Shown one piece after another: positions 47,045 to 55,145 of a DNA stretch of 64,000 nt (position 1 is its first letter; every line of letters starts with the position of its first letter). Below the pieces are notes generated by a model, which did no database searches, was not told where the DNA came from, and was given only the letters and a program-made list of their open reading frames with translations. A program made the position numbers and the translations under genes. Location: positions 604 to 64,603 of the forward strand of contig CAZZFA010000002.1 in assembly GCA_964653435.1 (NCBI GenBank), in the 5' to 3' direction. Source of the DNA: an uncultured Planctomycetales bacterium (GTDB lineage: Bacteria > Planctomycetota > Phycisphaerae > UBA1845 > PWPN01).

Positions 47045-47413
47045 GTTTTACGCCGCGATATTATACCGCAGGCCGCTACCGGCGTTGCAAGCCTCCAGCG
47101 GACGGGCGTTAATCTGATGAAGGATATCGTATTCGGGCCGGTCGCGCAAGCGGGTCCGCACAATTGGCCCGGCCGGCGGCACCGGCGCGGCGGTGCGGGC
47201 TGCGGTAGGGGCGTCGTCATAGTGGCAAAGGTAGCGTTTACGCCGCTGCGGCGCGGGCCGAGACCCCGGCCGCTCCACCCGGCCCTCGCGGGTTTGCCCC
47301 GGCGGGCGGCGAACGGCGCGACCGCTCGCGAATTATGGATTGTTTGCCTCCGTACCGTATAATGCTGATAGCCGTTGTACCTTCCATCACGCCTGCCGGG
47401 TGAGGAAACCACC

Positions 47414-50400
47414 GTGGCGACACCTGCCAGCCTGATACCGCCGGACGAGAGCGCGTCGCTTGTCAGCGGAGTGCTCCGACAGACGCAAAACCGTCTCACG
47501 CGGGTTTCGCTATTGGCCTCCGCTTGTGTACTGTTGGCTGCGACGGGGCTGTTCGTGCTCGGATTTGTGGTGGCCGATCATTTCCTCGACGGGGGCGTGC
47601 CGCCGCGGGTCCGTGCGGCCGTTCTTGCGCTCTACCTGATCGGCGTGGCTGCGGCCGTCGTCGTGATGATCGGATTGCCGGCCGCTCGCCGGATCAGCAA
47701 CCTGTACGCGGCCCGCCTTCTCGAACGGGCCCACCCGACGTTTCACAATTCGCTGGTGAACGCCATTCAGCTCGAGAAGCATCGGGAACTGCCCGGATCG
47801 ATTCGCAGTGCCTTGCTGGCTCGCGCGGCGGTGGATGCCGCCCATGCCGACGTTCGGCGTGCCGTTGTGTCAGATCGACTGCGACGGGCGGGCATCGTCC
47901 TCGGCGCGGCGGCGGCGTTATTCCTCGGCTATGTGGTCTTCGCCCCCAAGCCCGTGCTTCCGTCCGTACTTCGCGCATTCGGGGCTGACATTCCCGCGCC
48001 TACGCGGACCGTCGTCGTGGACATGGAGCCGGCGGACGGTGCCTCCGTGATCGTCGGGCGGCCGGTGACGTTCACGGCGCGCCTGGCGGGCCGGATCCCC
48101 GCCGATGTGTATGTGCACTTCAGCCCTGACAACGGTGTCACGCTGCTCAGCGGGCAGCGGCTGACGCTCTCGCCGGCAAGCCCGGCCGATCCGCCGGGCC
48201 GCGCCCGGATATGGCAGGGGACCAAGGCCGGCCAGGACGTGCAGCAGGACATGTACTGGCGGCTGACCGCCGGCGACGCCGCCTCGCCGTGGCGCCGTCT
48301 CGTCGTGCGAGCGCTGCCGGATGTGGTCGATCTGCGGGTGACATGCGTGTATCCCTTGTACACGGGCCTGGCCTCCCGCACGACCGCGTCAGGGCAGTCG
48401 GCCGACGTGGATGCGCTCATCGGAACGCAGGTGACCGTGGAGGCCGCCACGAATGTGCCGGTGCGCGATCCGGTGCTGGTGATTGCAGCGGGGGCCGACC
48501 CGGCGGATGAAACGCGGCTGTCCATGCGGCATGTGGACCTCGACGCGACACGGATCGTCGGCCAGTTCACCGTGATGCAGGACGGGCAGTACTACCTGCG
48601 GTTCTTTGACCGCGAGGGCGAGCCGAACCAGGATCCGATCCGTCATACCATTCGGGCCCGGCCCGACCGGCCGCCGACGATCACGCTGATTCGCCCCGCA
48701 GCAGACCTCGAACTGCGGCCGGATGAGGCGCTGGAGATTCACGCACGCGTCGAGGATGATTACGGGGTCAGCCGGGCGGCGATCGAGTACAAGCGCGGCG
48801 CCCAGGCGGCCTGGGTCTCGCTGCCGCTGCCGACGGGGCCGGACGCCTCGCCGACGACAAGGCCCACCGCGGCCCGGAGCCTCCTGGAGACGGCGGTGCC
48901 GCTGGTGCGGTTCGGCGCCGTTCCCGGCGACGTGATCGAGTGGCACCTGGCGGCATGGGACAATCGCGTTGATCTCGACGGCCGGCTCTCGCCGCAGAAG
49001 GGCGTCGGGCCGACACGACGGATCCTCGTGCCGGTGCCGGAGTCGCTGGCGAAGGCGGAGCCGCCGCCGGAGGCGAACATTCCGGCGCCGGCGACGCGGC
49101 CGATCGATACGGAGCTTGCGGAGAACACGCGGAAGGATCGTGCGGATCAAGCCCGCGACGCGCACGATCGTTCGGCCACGGCATCGCAGCCGGCTGATGC
49201 CCGCAAGGCGGCGCCCGCGGACGCCCCGACGACGCGCGAGTCGCGCGACCTGGACAACGAGGCGATCGCGCAGGCGAAGACGCCCGAGCAGGATGCGGTT
49301 GAGCGATTCATCCGCGAACATCAGGCGGAACTGACGAAACTTCGCGAGCATCTTGCGAAGGAGGCCGAACGCCAGGCGGAGGGTAAGCCGGAGAAGGCGG
49401 CGGCTCCGTCGCCGGCGAACGATACGGCGCAGAAGACGCCGCCCGACGAGCCACGGGGCGAATCAGCCGAGAAACCTTCTTCGAATGCGAAGGATGCGGC
49501 CCCGCCCGCTGGGAAGGATGCCGCTCGGCATGCCGCCGAGGACACGCCCAAGCCTGCGCCGGACGGCGACAGCAAGGCGCAGCCGGTGAATCCGAAGACC
49601 GAGCAGACGCCCCCGCAGCCCGAACGAGACAAGCCCGAGGCAGGCGATACGGCTGCGCAGGCCGGCGCCGACAAGTCGTCGGTGGAACCGACCAACGCGC
49701 AGGACAGTGCCGCGGGTGGCAAGAAGGCGGAAGAGACCGGGGCGGCAAACGGCCCGTCGGATGGCGGGAACAAGCCTCAGGCCGGGGCTCCGAAGACCGC
49801 GCAGGGGACTGCGCAGCCTGATCGCGGCGGCCCGAAGGCGGGTGAGACGGCCCCGAAGGCCGACGCTTCCCAATCGGCTGTCAGGGCGGGCGGAGGCCAG
49901 GCGGCCGCCGAGCCCGCGAAGGCGCAGGATTCCGCCACGGGCGCGAAGAAGCCGGCAGCGACCGACACGCCAGAGGCCTCGCCGGGTGGCGAGATGGCCG
50001 AACGGGCGGAGGCTCAGGTCCGGGCGCAGCAGGCGGGCGATGCCGCCGGAAAGCAAGACGGCGCCCCACAGGGCGGCCGCGAGCGGGCGGGACAGAAACC
50101 CGACGCCGCCGGGAAGCCGGGAAGCGACGGCCAGGGCGAGCCTGCGAAGGCGCAGGCCGATGCCGGCGGGCAGGGACAGGCCAGGGCCTCGTCCGGGACC
50201 GGCACGGAAGGACAAAAGGCGGCTGGGGGCGAACAGCAGAACGGCGACGGCGAGAAACCCGCCCGGAAGCTGAGTGAAGGCCCGACGGCGGCCGCGCCCG
50301 CGAAGACGGACAACGTAAGCCCGGGGACGCCCGGCTCGGGCCTCGGCACGCCGGTGGGCGATGAGGGCGGTCATCAGGGGCAGTCCTCGACCTTCAAGCC

Positions 50401-51691
50401 TCCCTCTGCCTCCGATGCGCAACAGGCCGGGAAGGGCGATTCGCAGGGGCAGCAGGCCAAGGCCAGTGCACCAGAGGAGGGCGACGAGCCCGGCCGGGGC
50501 GAAGGTAAGGGGCTGGGGAAGGAACAGGGCGAAGCGCAGGGCAAAGGCCCGGGTCAGGGGCAGGGCAGGGGTGAGGACGAAGGTCAAGGACAGGGGCAGG
50601 GCAAAGGCCAAGGCGAGGGAGAGGGTCGAGGCCAAGCCCAGCAGGGACAAGGCCAAGGGCAAGGTGAGGCCAAGGGTGAGGCCAAGGCGGAGACAGAAGG
50701 CCGAAGCGGAGGTCAGGGCAAGCGGGAGGCCGTGGCCGAGGGCGAGGGACAAGGCAAAGGGCAGGGCGAAGGCAAGGGCGAAGATGAAGGTCAGGGACAG
50801 GGCAAGGGACAAGGGCAGGGTGAAGGACAAGGAGAAGGGCAGGGCAAGGGACTGGGTCAGTGCAAAGGCGAGGGTGAAGGCAACGGTAAAGGACAAAGCG
50901 AAGGTCAGGGTAAGGGTCAGGGCCAAGGGGAAGGTCGAGGGCAGGGCGCAGGCCAAGGCCAAGGGCAGGGTAAGGGCCAGGGACAGGGTGAGGGCAAGGG
51001 CGAAGGCCAAGGGCAAGGGCAGGGCAAAGGCGAAGGACAGGGGCAAGGTCAGGGACAGGGGCAGGGAGACGGTCAAGCACAAGGGCAAGGCAAGGGTGAA
51101 GGGCAGGGCAAGGGGCAAGGACAGGGGCAGGGCAGCGCAGAGGGCAAGGGCAGCGGTTCGGGTAGTCATCCGGGCTATGGCCCCGGCGGCGGCCCCAGCG
51201 CGAAGTCGAACCAGCCGGACGACTCGGCTGCCGCGCCGAATCCGCAACCCCCGGGATCGCCTGAGCGTGGGAAGCGGCTTGAAACGATCGGCGACGTGCT
51301 TCCCGTCATTGATGCGCTCGAAGAGCGTTTGCGGAAAAGACAGGTGGATCCAGGTCTGCTCGATGATCTGGGGTGGGATGAGACATACGCGAACGACTTC
51401 GTCCGCCAGTTTCGCCGTGCCGAGCGGCAGGCGGCGGAACCGTCCGATTCATCTGCCGGGCCGACGGATCGCTTCGAGACCACGACTCGCCCGAGCGTCG
51501 CGGTGGAACGGAGCGACGGCTCCGGCGCGGACGCCGCGCTGCTCTCCGCCCGCAACGTCCGCGCGCCGGACAGGACCAACCAGCTCTTCGAGGTCGGCCG
51601 CCAGAGGATCTCCGACGAGTACCGCGATTACCTGAAGGCCTACTACGAGTCGATCGCGCGGGATCGGCCCGCGACACGGCCGGCGAAGTGA
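47414..51691 (+). CDS. Giant membrane-anchored low-complexity protein (DUF4175/TIGR02302-like architecture)
   Basis: In ORF 47375..51691. GTG 47414 is preceded by GAGGAA. Two N-terminal TM helices are followed by about 450 aa of folded-looking sequence. About 740 aa of Ala/Pro/Lys/Gln/Gly low complexity follow, including a (Gly-X)n block. The C-terminus ends in the conserved-looking tail '...RISDEYRDYLKAYYESIA'. The family assignment is from memory, not searched. Confidence 0.8.
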   Translation: MATPASLIPPDESASLVSGVLRQTQNRLTRVSLLASACVLLAATGLFVLGFVVADHFLDGGVPPRVRAAVLALYLIGVAAAVVVMIGLPAARRISNLYAARLLERAHPTFHNSLVNAIQLEKHRELPGSIRSALLARAAVDAAHADVRRAVVSDRLRRAGIVLGAAAALFLGYVVFAPKPVLPSVLRAFGADIPAPTRTVVVDMEPADGASVIVGRPVTFTARLAGRIPADVYVHFSPDNGVTLLSGQRLTLSPASPADPPGRARIWQGTKAGQDVQQDMYWRLTAGDAASPWRRLVVRALPDVVDLRVTCVYPLYTGLASRTTASGQSADVDALIGTQVTVEAATNVPVRDPVLVIAAGADPADETRLSMRHVDLDATRIVGQFTVMQDGQYYLRFFDREGEPNQDPIRHTIRARPDRPPTITLIRPAADLELRPDEALEIHARVEDDYGVSRAAIEYKRGAQAAWVSLPLPTGPDASPTTRPTAARSLLETAVPLVRFGAVPGDVIEWHLAAWDNRVDLDGRLSPQKGVGPTRRILVPVPESLAKAEPPPEANIPAPATRPIDTELAENTRKDRADQARDAHDRSATASQPADARKAAPADAPTTRESRDLDNEAIAQAKTPEQDAVERFIREHQAELTKLREHLAKEAERQAEGKPEKAAAPSPANDTAQKTPPDEPRGESAEKPSSNAKDAAPPAGKDAARHAAEDTPKPAPDGDSKAQPVNPKTEQTPPQPERDKPEAGDTAAQAGADKSSVEPTNAQDSAAGGKKAEETGAANGPSDGGNKPQAGAPKTAQGTAQPDRGGPKAGETAPKADASQSAVRAGGGQAAAEPAKAQDSATGAKKPAATDTPEASPGGEMAERAEAQVRAQQAGDAAGKQDGAPQGGRERAGQKPDAAGKPGSDGQGEPAKAQADAGGQGQARASSGTGTEGQKAAGGEQQNGDGEKPARKLSEGPTAAAPAKTDNVSPGTPGSGLGTPVGDEGGHQGQSSTFKPPSASDAQQAGKGDSQGQQAKASAPEEGDEPGRGEGKGLGKEQGEAQGKGPGQGQGRGEDEGQGQGQGKGQGEGEGRGQAQQGQGQGQGEAKGEAKAETEGRSGGQGKREAVAEGEGQGKGQGEGKGEDEGQGQGKGQGQGEGQGEGQGKGLGQCKGEGEGNGKGQSEGQGKGQGQGEGRGQGAGQGQGQGKGQGQGEGKGEGQGQGQGKGEGQGQGQGQGQGDGQAQGQGKGEGQGKGQGQGQGSAEGKGSGSGSHPGYGPGGGPSAKSNQPDDSAAAPNPQPPGSPERGKRLETIGDVLPVIDALEERLRKRQVDPGLLDDLGWDETYANDFVRQFRRAERQAAEPSDSSAGPTDRFETTTRPSVAVERSDGSGADAALLSARNVRAPDRTNQLFEVGRQRISDEYRDYLKAYYESIARDRPATRPAK
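50741..51166 (+). repeat. In-frame hexanucleotide-period coding repeat encoding (Gly-X)71, X mostly Gln/Lys/Glu
   Basis: By hand count, 66 of 71 odd positions are Gly, and every exception is an in-phase substitution (D, C, S, A, A). A looser Gly-X region starts near 50498. The coding strand is purine- and G-run-rich. Confidence 0.9.
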
Positions 51692-51747
51692 GACCGTCGT
51701 CGCCGTTGCCGCACGGGTGCGTGCTGTTGCCGCGTGACCAACATCTG

Positions 51748-51890
51748 GTGCGAGAATCCTTTCTCGCACCGCCGATCCTGCGAATCCATTCGCACGGCAA
51801 GGCGGGACGGGAATCCCGCGACGGATGGGGCCGGGAACGGATTCTCGGCCCAGCGGCGTTCGCACGGGACAGCGGGATGGAAATCCCGCG
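51748..51890 (+). other. Cluster of five short stem-loops in an intergenic region
   Basis: GTGCGAGA/TCTCGCAC (51748-51769); TGCGAA/TTCGCA (51779-51794); GCGGGA/TCCCGC (51802-51819); GGCCGGGAA/TTCTCGGCC (51829-51850, one G-U pair); GCGGGA/TCCCGC (51872-51889). A GAATCC-like motif recurs in loops and stems. Confidence 0.6.
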
Positions 51891-51928
51891 GGAGCATGGA
51901 TCGCCAACGGATTCCTTGTCCAGACAAA
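51789..51928. repeat. Two-copy ~70-bp imperfect tandem repeat
   Basis: Both units 51789-51858 and 51859-51928 read TTCGCACGG-N3-(A/G)GCGGGA-(C/T)GG(G/A)AA-TCCCGCG-...-ATGG-...-AACGGATTC-...-CCAG. Identity is roughly 70% by eye. Confidence 0.7.
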
Positions 51929-52036
51929 CTCAGTTGTCGGGACACATGGTCTCGTAATACGCTGTTGTGGGAGCCGGAGCCGGCGCCCTCATGCATCAGG
52001 GTCATGTTGAGGGAAACCCGGAACGGGAGGTGTCGC

Positions 52037-52363
52037 ATGCCAGCTTCTCGCAAAGCCCGCTGGATTGTGGGAATCGTCTTTGTGGCTTCAGCGATCGGTC
52101 TGTCGGCGCCCGCCGCGGTCGCCGTCGAGCGGCATGTGCCCGGCGAGTACGCCACGATCCAGGCCGCCATCGACGCCTGCGCCGACGGCGACGAGGTTAT
52201 CATCGCCCCCGGCACGTACACGGGTGAGGGCAGCCGGGACATCGACTTCAACGGCAAGGCCATTACCGTCCGCAGCACGGATCCGGGCGATCCGGCCGGG
52301 GCGCATGTGCCGGCCTACGCGGCATCCGATTCGGTTCCGCGCATCCTTCGATGCCTCCACTGA
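52037..52363 (+). pseudogene. 5' remnant of a secreted beta-helix protein gene (truncated)
   Basis: ATG 52037 is preceded by GGGAGG. It encodes signal peptide 'MPASRKARWIVGIVFVASAIGLSAPAAVA', then 'VPGEYATIQAAIDACADGDEVIIAPGTYTGEGSRDIDFNGKAITVRSTDPGDPA'. This is the usual N-cap of large beta-helix proteins. Recognisable sequence stops near 52297, and the frame then runs antisense into the ABC permease 3' end. Confidence 0.6.
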
Positions 52364-53478
52364 TCCAGGGCGACCGCCAGCACGATCACGGTGCCGATGA
52401 CCATCTCCTGAACCCAGCTTGGCACGCCCACATGGTCGCAGCCGACCCGCAGAAACGCCATGATGAACGCGCCGATCAGCGAGCCGAAGACGGAGCCCTC
52501 GCCGCCCGCAAGGCTGCCGCCGCCGATGACCACCGCGGCGATCACGTCCAGCTCGGCCCCCATGGCGGTCGTCGGATCGCCGACCGTCAGCCGGCAGAAC
52601 TGCATCACGCCCGCGATTCCTGTACACAGACCGCCGATCGAATACAGACAGAGCTTGACCCGCCCGACGCGGACGCCGCAAAGGCGGGCTGTCGCCTCGT
52701 TCGAGCCGATCGCGAAGATGTAGCGCCCCAATGCCGTGTATCGCAGAATCGCCCAGACGATCGCCGCCAGGATCAGCATCGTCCATACCCCCGGTGAGAC
52801 GAGCAGCCACCACGGGTCCGGGCGGAACACGAGCACCGATGAGCCCAGCCAGCCGGCCGGGGCGTCGATCTTCTGCTCGGCCGCGATACCCTTGGCCAGG
52901 CCGCGGGCGATGCCCCACATCCCCAGCGTTGCGATGAACGGCACGACGCGCAGCCGGGTGATCATGGTCGCGTTGCCCAGGCCGCACAGCCCGCCCAGCA
53001 CGACCCCCGCCAGCACCGAAGGCAGCGGCGGCCAGCCGCTCCGGAGGCACCAGGCCGTCATCACGCTCGTCAGCGCCATCACCGAGCCGACGGACAGGTC
53101 GATGCCGGCGCTGATGATGATCATCGTCATGCCCATCGCGGCGATGCCGACCGAGACCGTCTGATTGGCCGTCGAGCGGAACGTATCAAGCGTCAGGAAG
53201 TGATTCTCCTGCTCGCGGATGCATTGCCAGCGGCCGGGCAGTGGTTCGGGCGGGAGGTTGAGCCTGGCGCGGCGGGCGGCCCGTTCCCTCGCGGCGCGAT
53301 GCGCATCCAGCCCGCCCTTGATCTGCGACGCTGCGGCGAACGCCAGGATGATGAGCATCAGGGCCAGCAACGGTCCGATCGTGTTGAACAGGTGGCGAAC
53401 GGAGGCGGTGCGGGTGTCGCGGGTGTCATTCATCGTTCGGCATTCCGGGTTCATCGCGTTGTGGAGTGCGCGTGACAT
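52315..53478 (-). CDS. Sugar ABC transporter permease (RbsC/AraH family)
   Basis: 387 aa with about 9-10 helices. 'GIDLSVGSVMAL' and 'GGGSLAGGEGSVFGSLIGAFIM' are typical of the family. Its ATG directly follows the stop of the ATPase gene (53479-53481). Confidence 0.9.
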   Translation of the reverse strand: MSRALHNAMNPECRTMNDTRDTRTASVRHLFNTIGPLLALMLIILAFAAASQIKGGLDAHRAARERAARRARLNLPPEPLPGRWQCIREQENHFLTLDTFRSTANQTVSVGIAAMGMTMIIISAGIDLSVGSVMALTSVMTAWCLRSGWPPLPSVLAGVVLGGLCGLGNATMITRLRVVPFIATLGMWGIARGLAKGIAAEQKIDAPAGWLGSSVLVFRPDPWWLLVSPGVWTMLILAAIVWAILRYTALGRYIFAIGSNEATARLCGVRVGRVKLCLYSIGGLCTGIAGVMQFCRLTVGDPTTAMGAELDVIAAVVIGGGSLAGGEGSVFGSLIGAFIMAFLRVGCDHVGVPSWVQEMVIGTVIVLAVALDQWRHRRMRGTESDAA

Positions 53479-55005
53479 TCATTGCGTCGTTGCCCCTCCT
53501 GTCGCCACGGCCATGATCGTCTGTTCCGACCATTCCCGCGCATCCTTCACGGCCACGAGCCGGCCGCGGCTCATTACGGCGATACGGTCGCACACGCCGA
53601 GCAGTTCGTTCAGACAGGAGCTGACAAAGAGGATCGCCTTGCCCGCCGCCGCCAGTTCCCCCATGAGGCGGAAGATCTCCACCTTCGCGCCGACGTCGAT
53701 GCCGCGTGTGGGTTCGTCGAGCAGCAGGACATCGGCGTCGTGATGGAGAAGCCGTGCCACCGCGACCTTCTGCTGGTTTCCGCCGGAGAGGCTCCAGACG
53801 GCCTGCTCCGGGCCGCGGGCGCGGATGTTGAGCCGGTCGATCCATCGTCGGGCGGCCTGCTTCTGTCGCGCCGGGCTGAGCCAGCCCCACCGGCCGACGC
53901 GGCCCAGCCGCGACAGCGTGATGTTGTCCGCCAGACTCATCGGCAGCGCGAGGCCCTCGGCCTTGCGGTCCTCGCTGAGCATGCCGACCCCCTGTGCGAG
54001 GCGGCGGTGCGGGGGGGCGCCGGTGTCCGTGGCCCATCCCGACCCGGCCACGGCGACCGTGATCCGCCCGGCGCGGACCGGATCGAGCCCGAAGATCGTC
54101 CGCACCAGTTCGGTCCGCCCGGCGCCGATGAGACCGGCCAGCCCGAGGATCTCGCCGCGATGCAGAGTCAGGTCCACACGGATCGGCGCCGGATCGCCCG
54201 AGAGTCCGTCCAGCCGGAGCGCGGGTCCGCCGCGTTCGTGCGGAACCCGCGGGAACATCTCGTCGAGCGCCCGCCCGACCATCCGCTCGATGATCCGGCT
54301 CGTCGGCGTTGTCGCGACGGCGCCGGTCCCGGTGACGCGCCCGTCGCGCAGGACCGTGAAGCGGTCGGCCACCTGTCGCACCTCCTCGAGGAAATGGGAG
54401 ATGTAGATCACGCTGACGCCGCCGTCGCGGAGCCGGCGGATGAGCGTGAAGAGCTGGGCCGTGTCCTCCTGCGTGAGCGAGCTGGTCGGCTCGTCCATCA
54501 CGAGGATGCGGGCGTCGCTGGCGAGCGCCCGGGCCACCTCGACGAGCTGCTGGGCGCCGAGGCTCAGGTCGCGGACGCGGACATCGGGCCGGATGTCGGG
54601 ATGCCGCAGTTGTCGGAGCGCGGCGAGCACCCGGCGGCGCATCGACGTCCGGCGCAGAAGACCCCAGCGGGTCTCCTCGATCCCGAGCATGACGTTCTCC
54701 TCGACCGTCAGGTGTCCGGCGAGATTGAGCTCCTGGTAGATCATCGCGATGCCGCACTGACGCGCCTCGAGCGGGCCGGACGGACGATAGAGCCGCCCGT
54801 CGAGACGCATGTCGCCTTCGTCGGCGCGGATCGCACCGCTGAGGATCTTCACCAGCGTGCTCTTGCCGGCGCCGTTCTCGCCGATCAACGCATGGACCTC
54901 GCCCGGGCGGACGGTCAGGTCCACGCCGTCCAGCGCGACCGTCGCGCCGAAGCGCTTCCGCACGGCGGACATCTGCAAGCGGGGATGATCGGACGGTGTG
55001 ATCAC
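53479..55005 (-). CDS. Sugar ABC transporter ATP-binding protein (duplicated ABC domains, RbsA/MglA-like)
   Basis: C-terminal 508 aa of ORF 53479..56877. Walker A 'GENGAGKST', signature 'LSLGAQQ' and Walker B 'ILVMDEPT'. The second domain has 'LSGGNQQK' and 'LLLDEPTRGID'. GTG 55005 is preceded by GAGAGGTG. Confidence 0.9.
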   Translation of the reverse strand: MITPSDHPRLQMSAVRKRFGATVALDGVDLTVRPGEVHALIGENGAGKSTLVKILSGAIRADEGDMRLDGRLYRPSGPLEARQCGIAMIYQELNLAGHLTVEENVMLGIEETRWGLLRRTSMRRRVLAALRQLRHPDIRPDVRVRDLSLGAQQLVEVARALASDARILVMDEPTSSLTQEDTAQLFTLIRRLRDGGVSVIYISHFLEEVRQVADRFTVLRDGRVTGTGAVATTPTSRIIERMVGRALDEMFPRVPHERGGPALRLDGLSGDPAPIRVDLTLHRGEILGLAGLIGAGRTELVRTIFGLDPVRAGRITVAVAGSGWATDTGAPPHRRLAQGVGMLSEDRKAEGLALPMSLADNITLSRLGRVGRWGWLSPARQKQAARRWIDRLNIRARGPEQAVWSLSGGNQQKVAVARLLHHDADVLLLDEPTRGIDVGAKVEIFRLMGELAAAGKAILFVSSCLNELLGVCDRIAVMSRGRLVAVKDAREWSEQTIMAVATGGATTQ

Positions 55006-55145
55006 CGGCGGCACCTCTCGGTCGGCGGCGCGGACGATTCCCGCCGTCGTGGCTCGTTCCTGTTCCCGGGGCGCAGCCGCTTCGCCTTCCGTGCCGATGC
55101 GGGCGGGCACGGGCTCACGGCGGAACCGGGCCGGCCGGGCGCATC

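Noticed and set aside
50498-51166. The possibility that the short-period repeat is a CRISPR array or a non-coding satellite
   Set aside because: The period is 6 nt with no repeat-spacer organisation. The tract is in frame within a long ORF, and exceptions preserve the codon phase. No cas genes are present in the window.
49463-51247. 594-aa minus-strand ORF encoding (Leu/Ala/Pro-X)n, which looks like a very hydrophobic repeat protein. Also the plus-strand Arg/Lys-rich ORF 50361-51635.
   Set aside because: Both are frame shadows of the (Gly-X)n hexanucleotide repeat, which lacks stop codons in all six frames. The Gly-X frame is continuous with conserved N- and C-terminal domains of the 47414-51691 gene.
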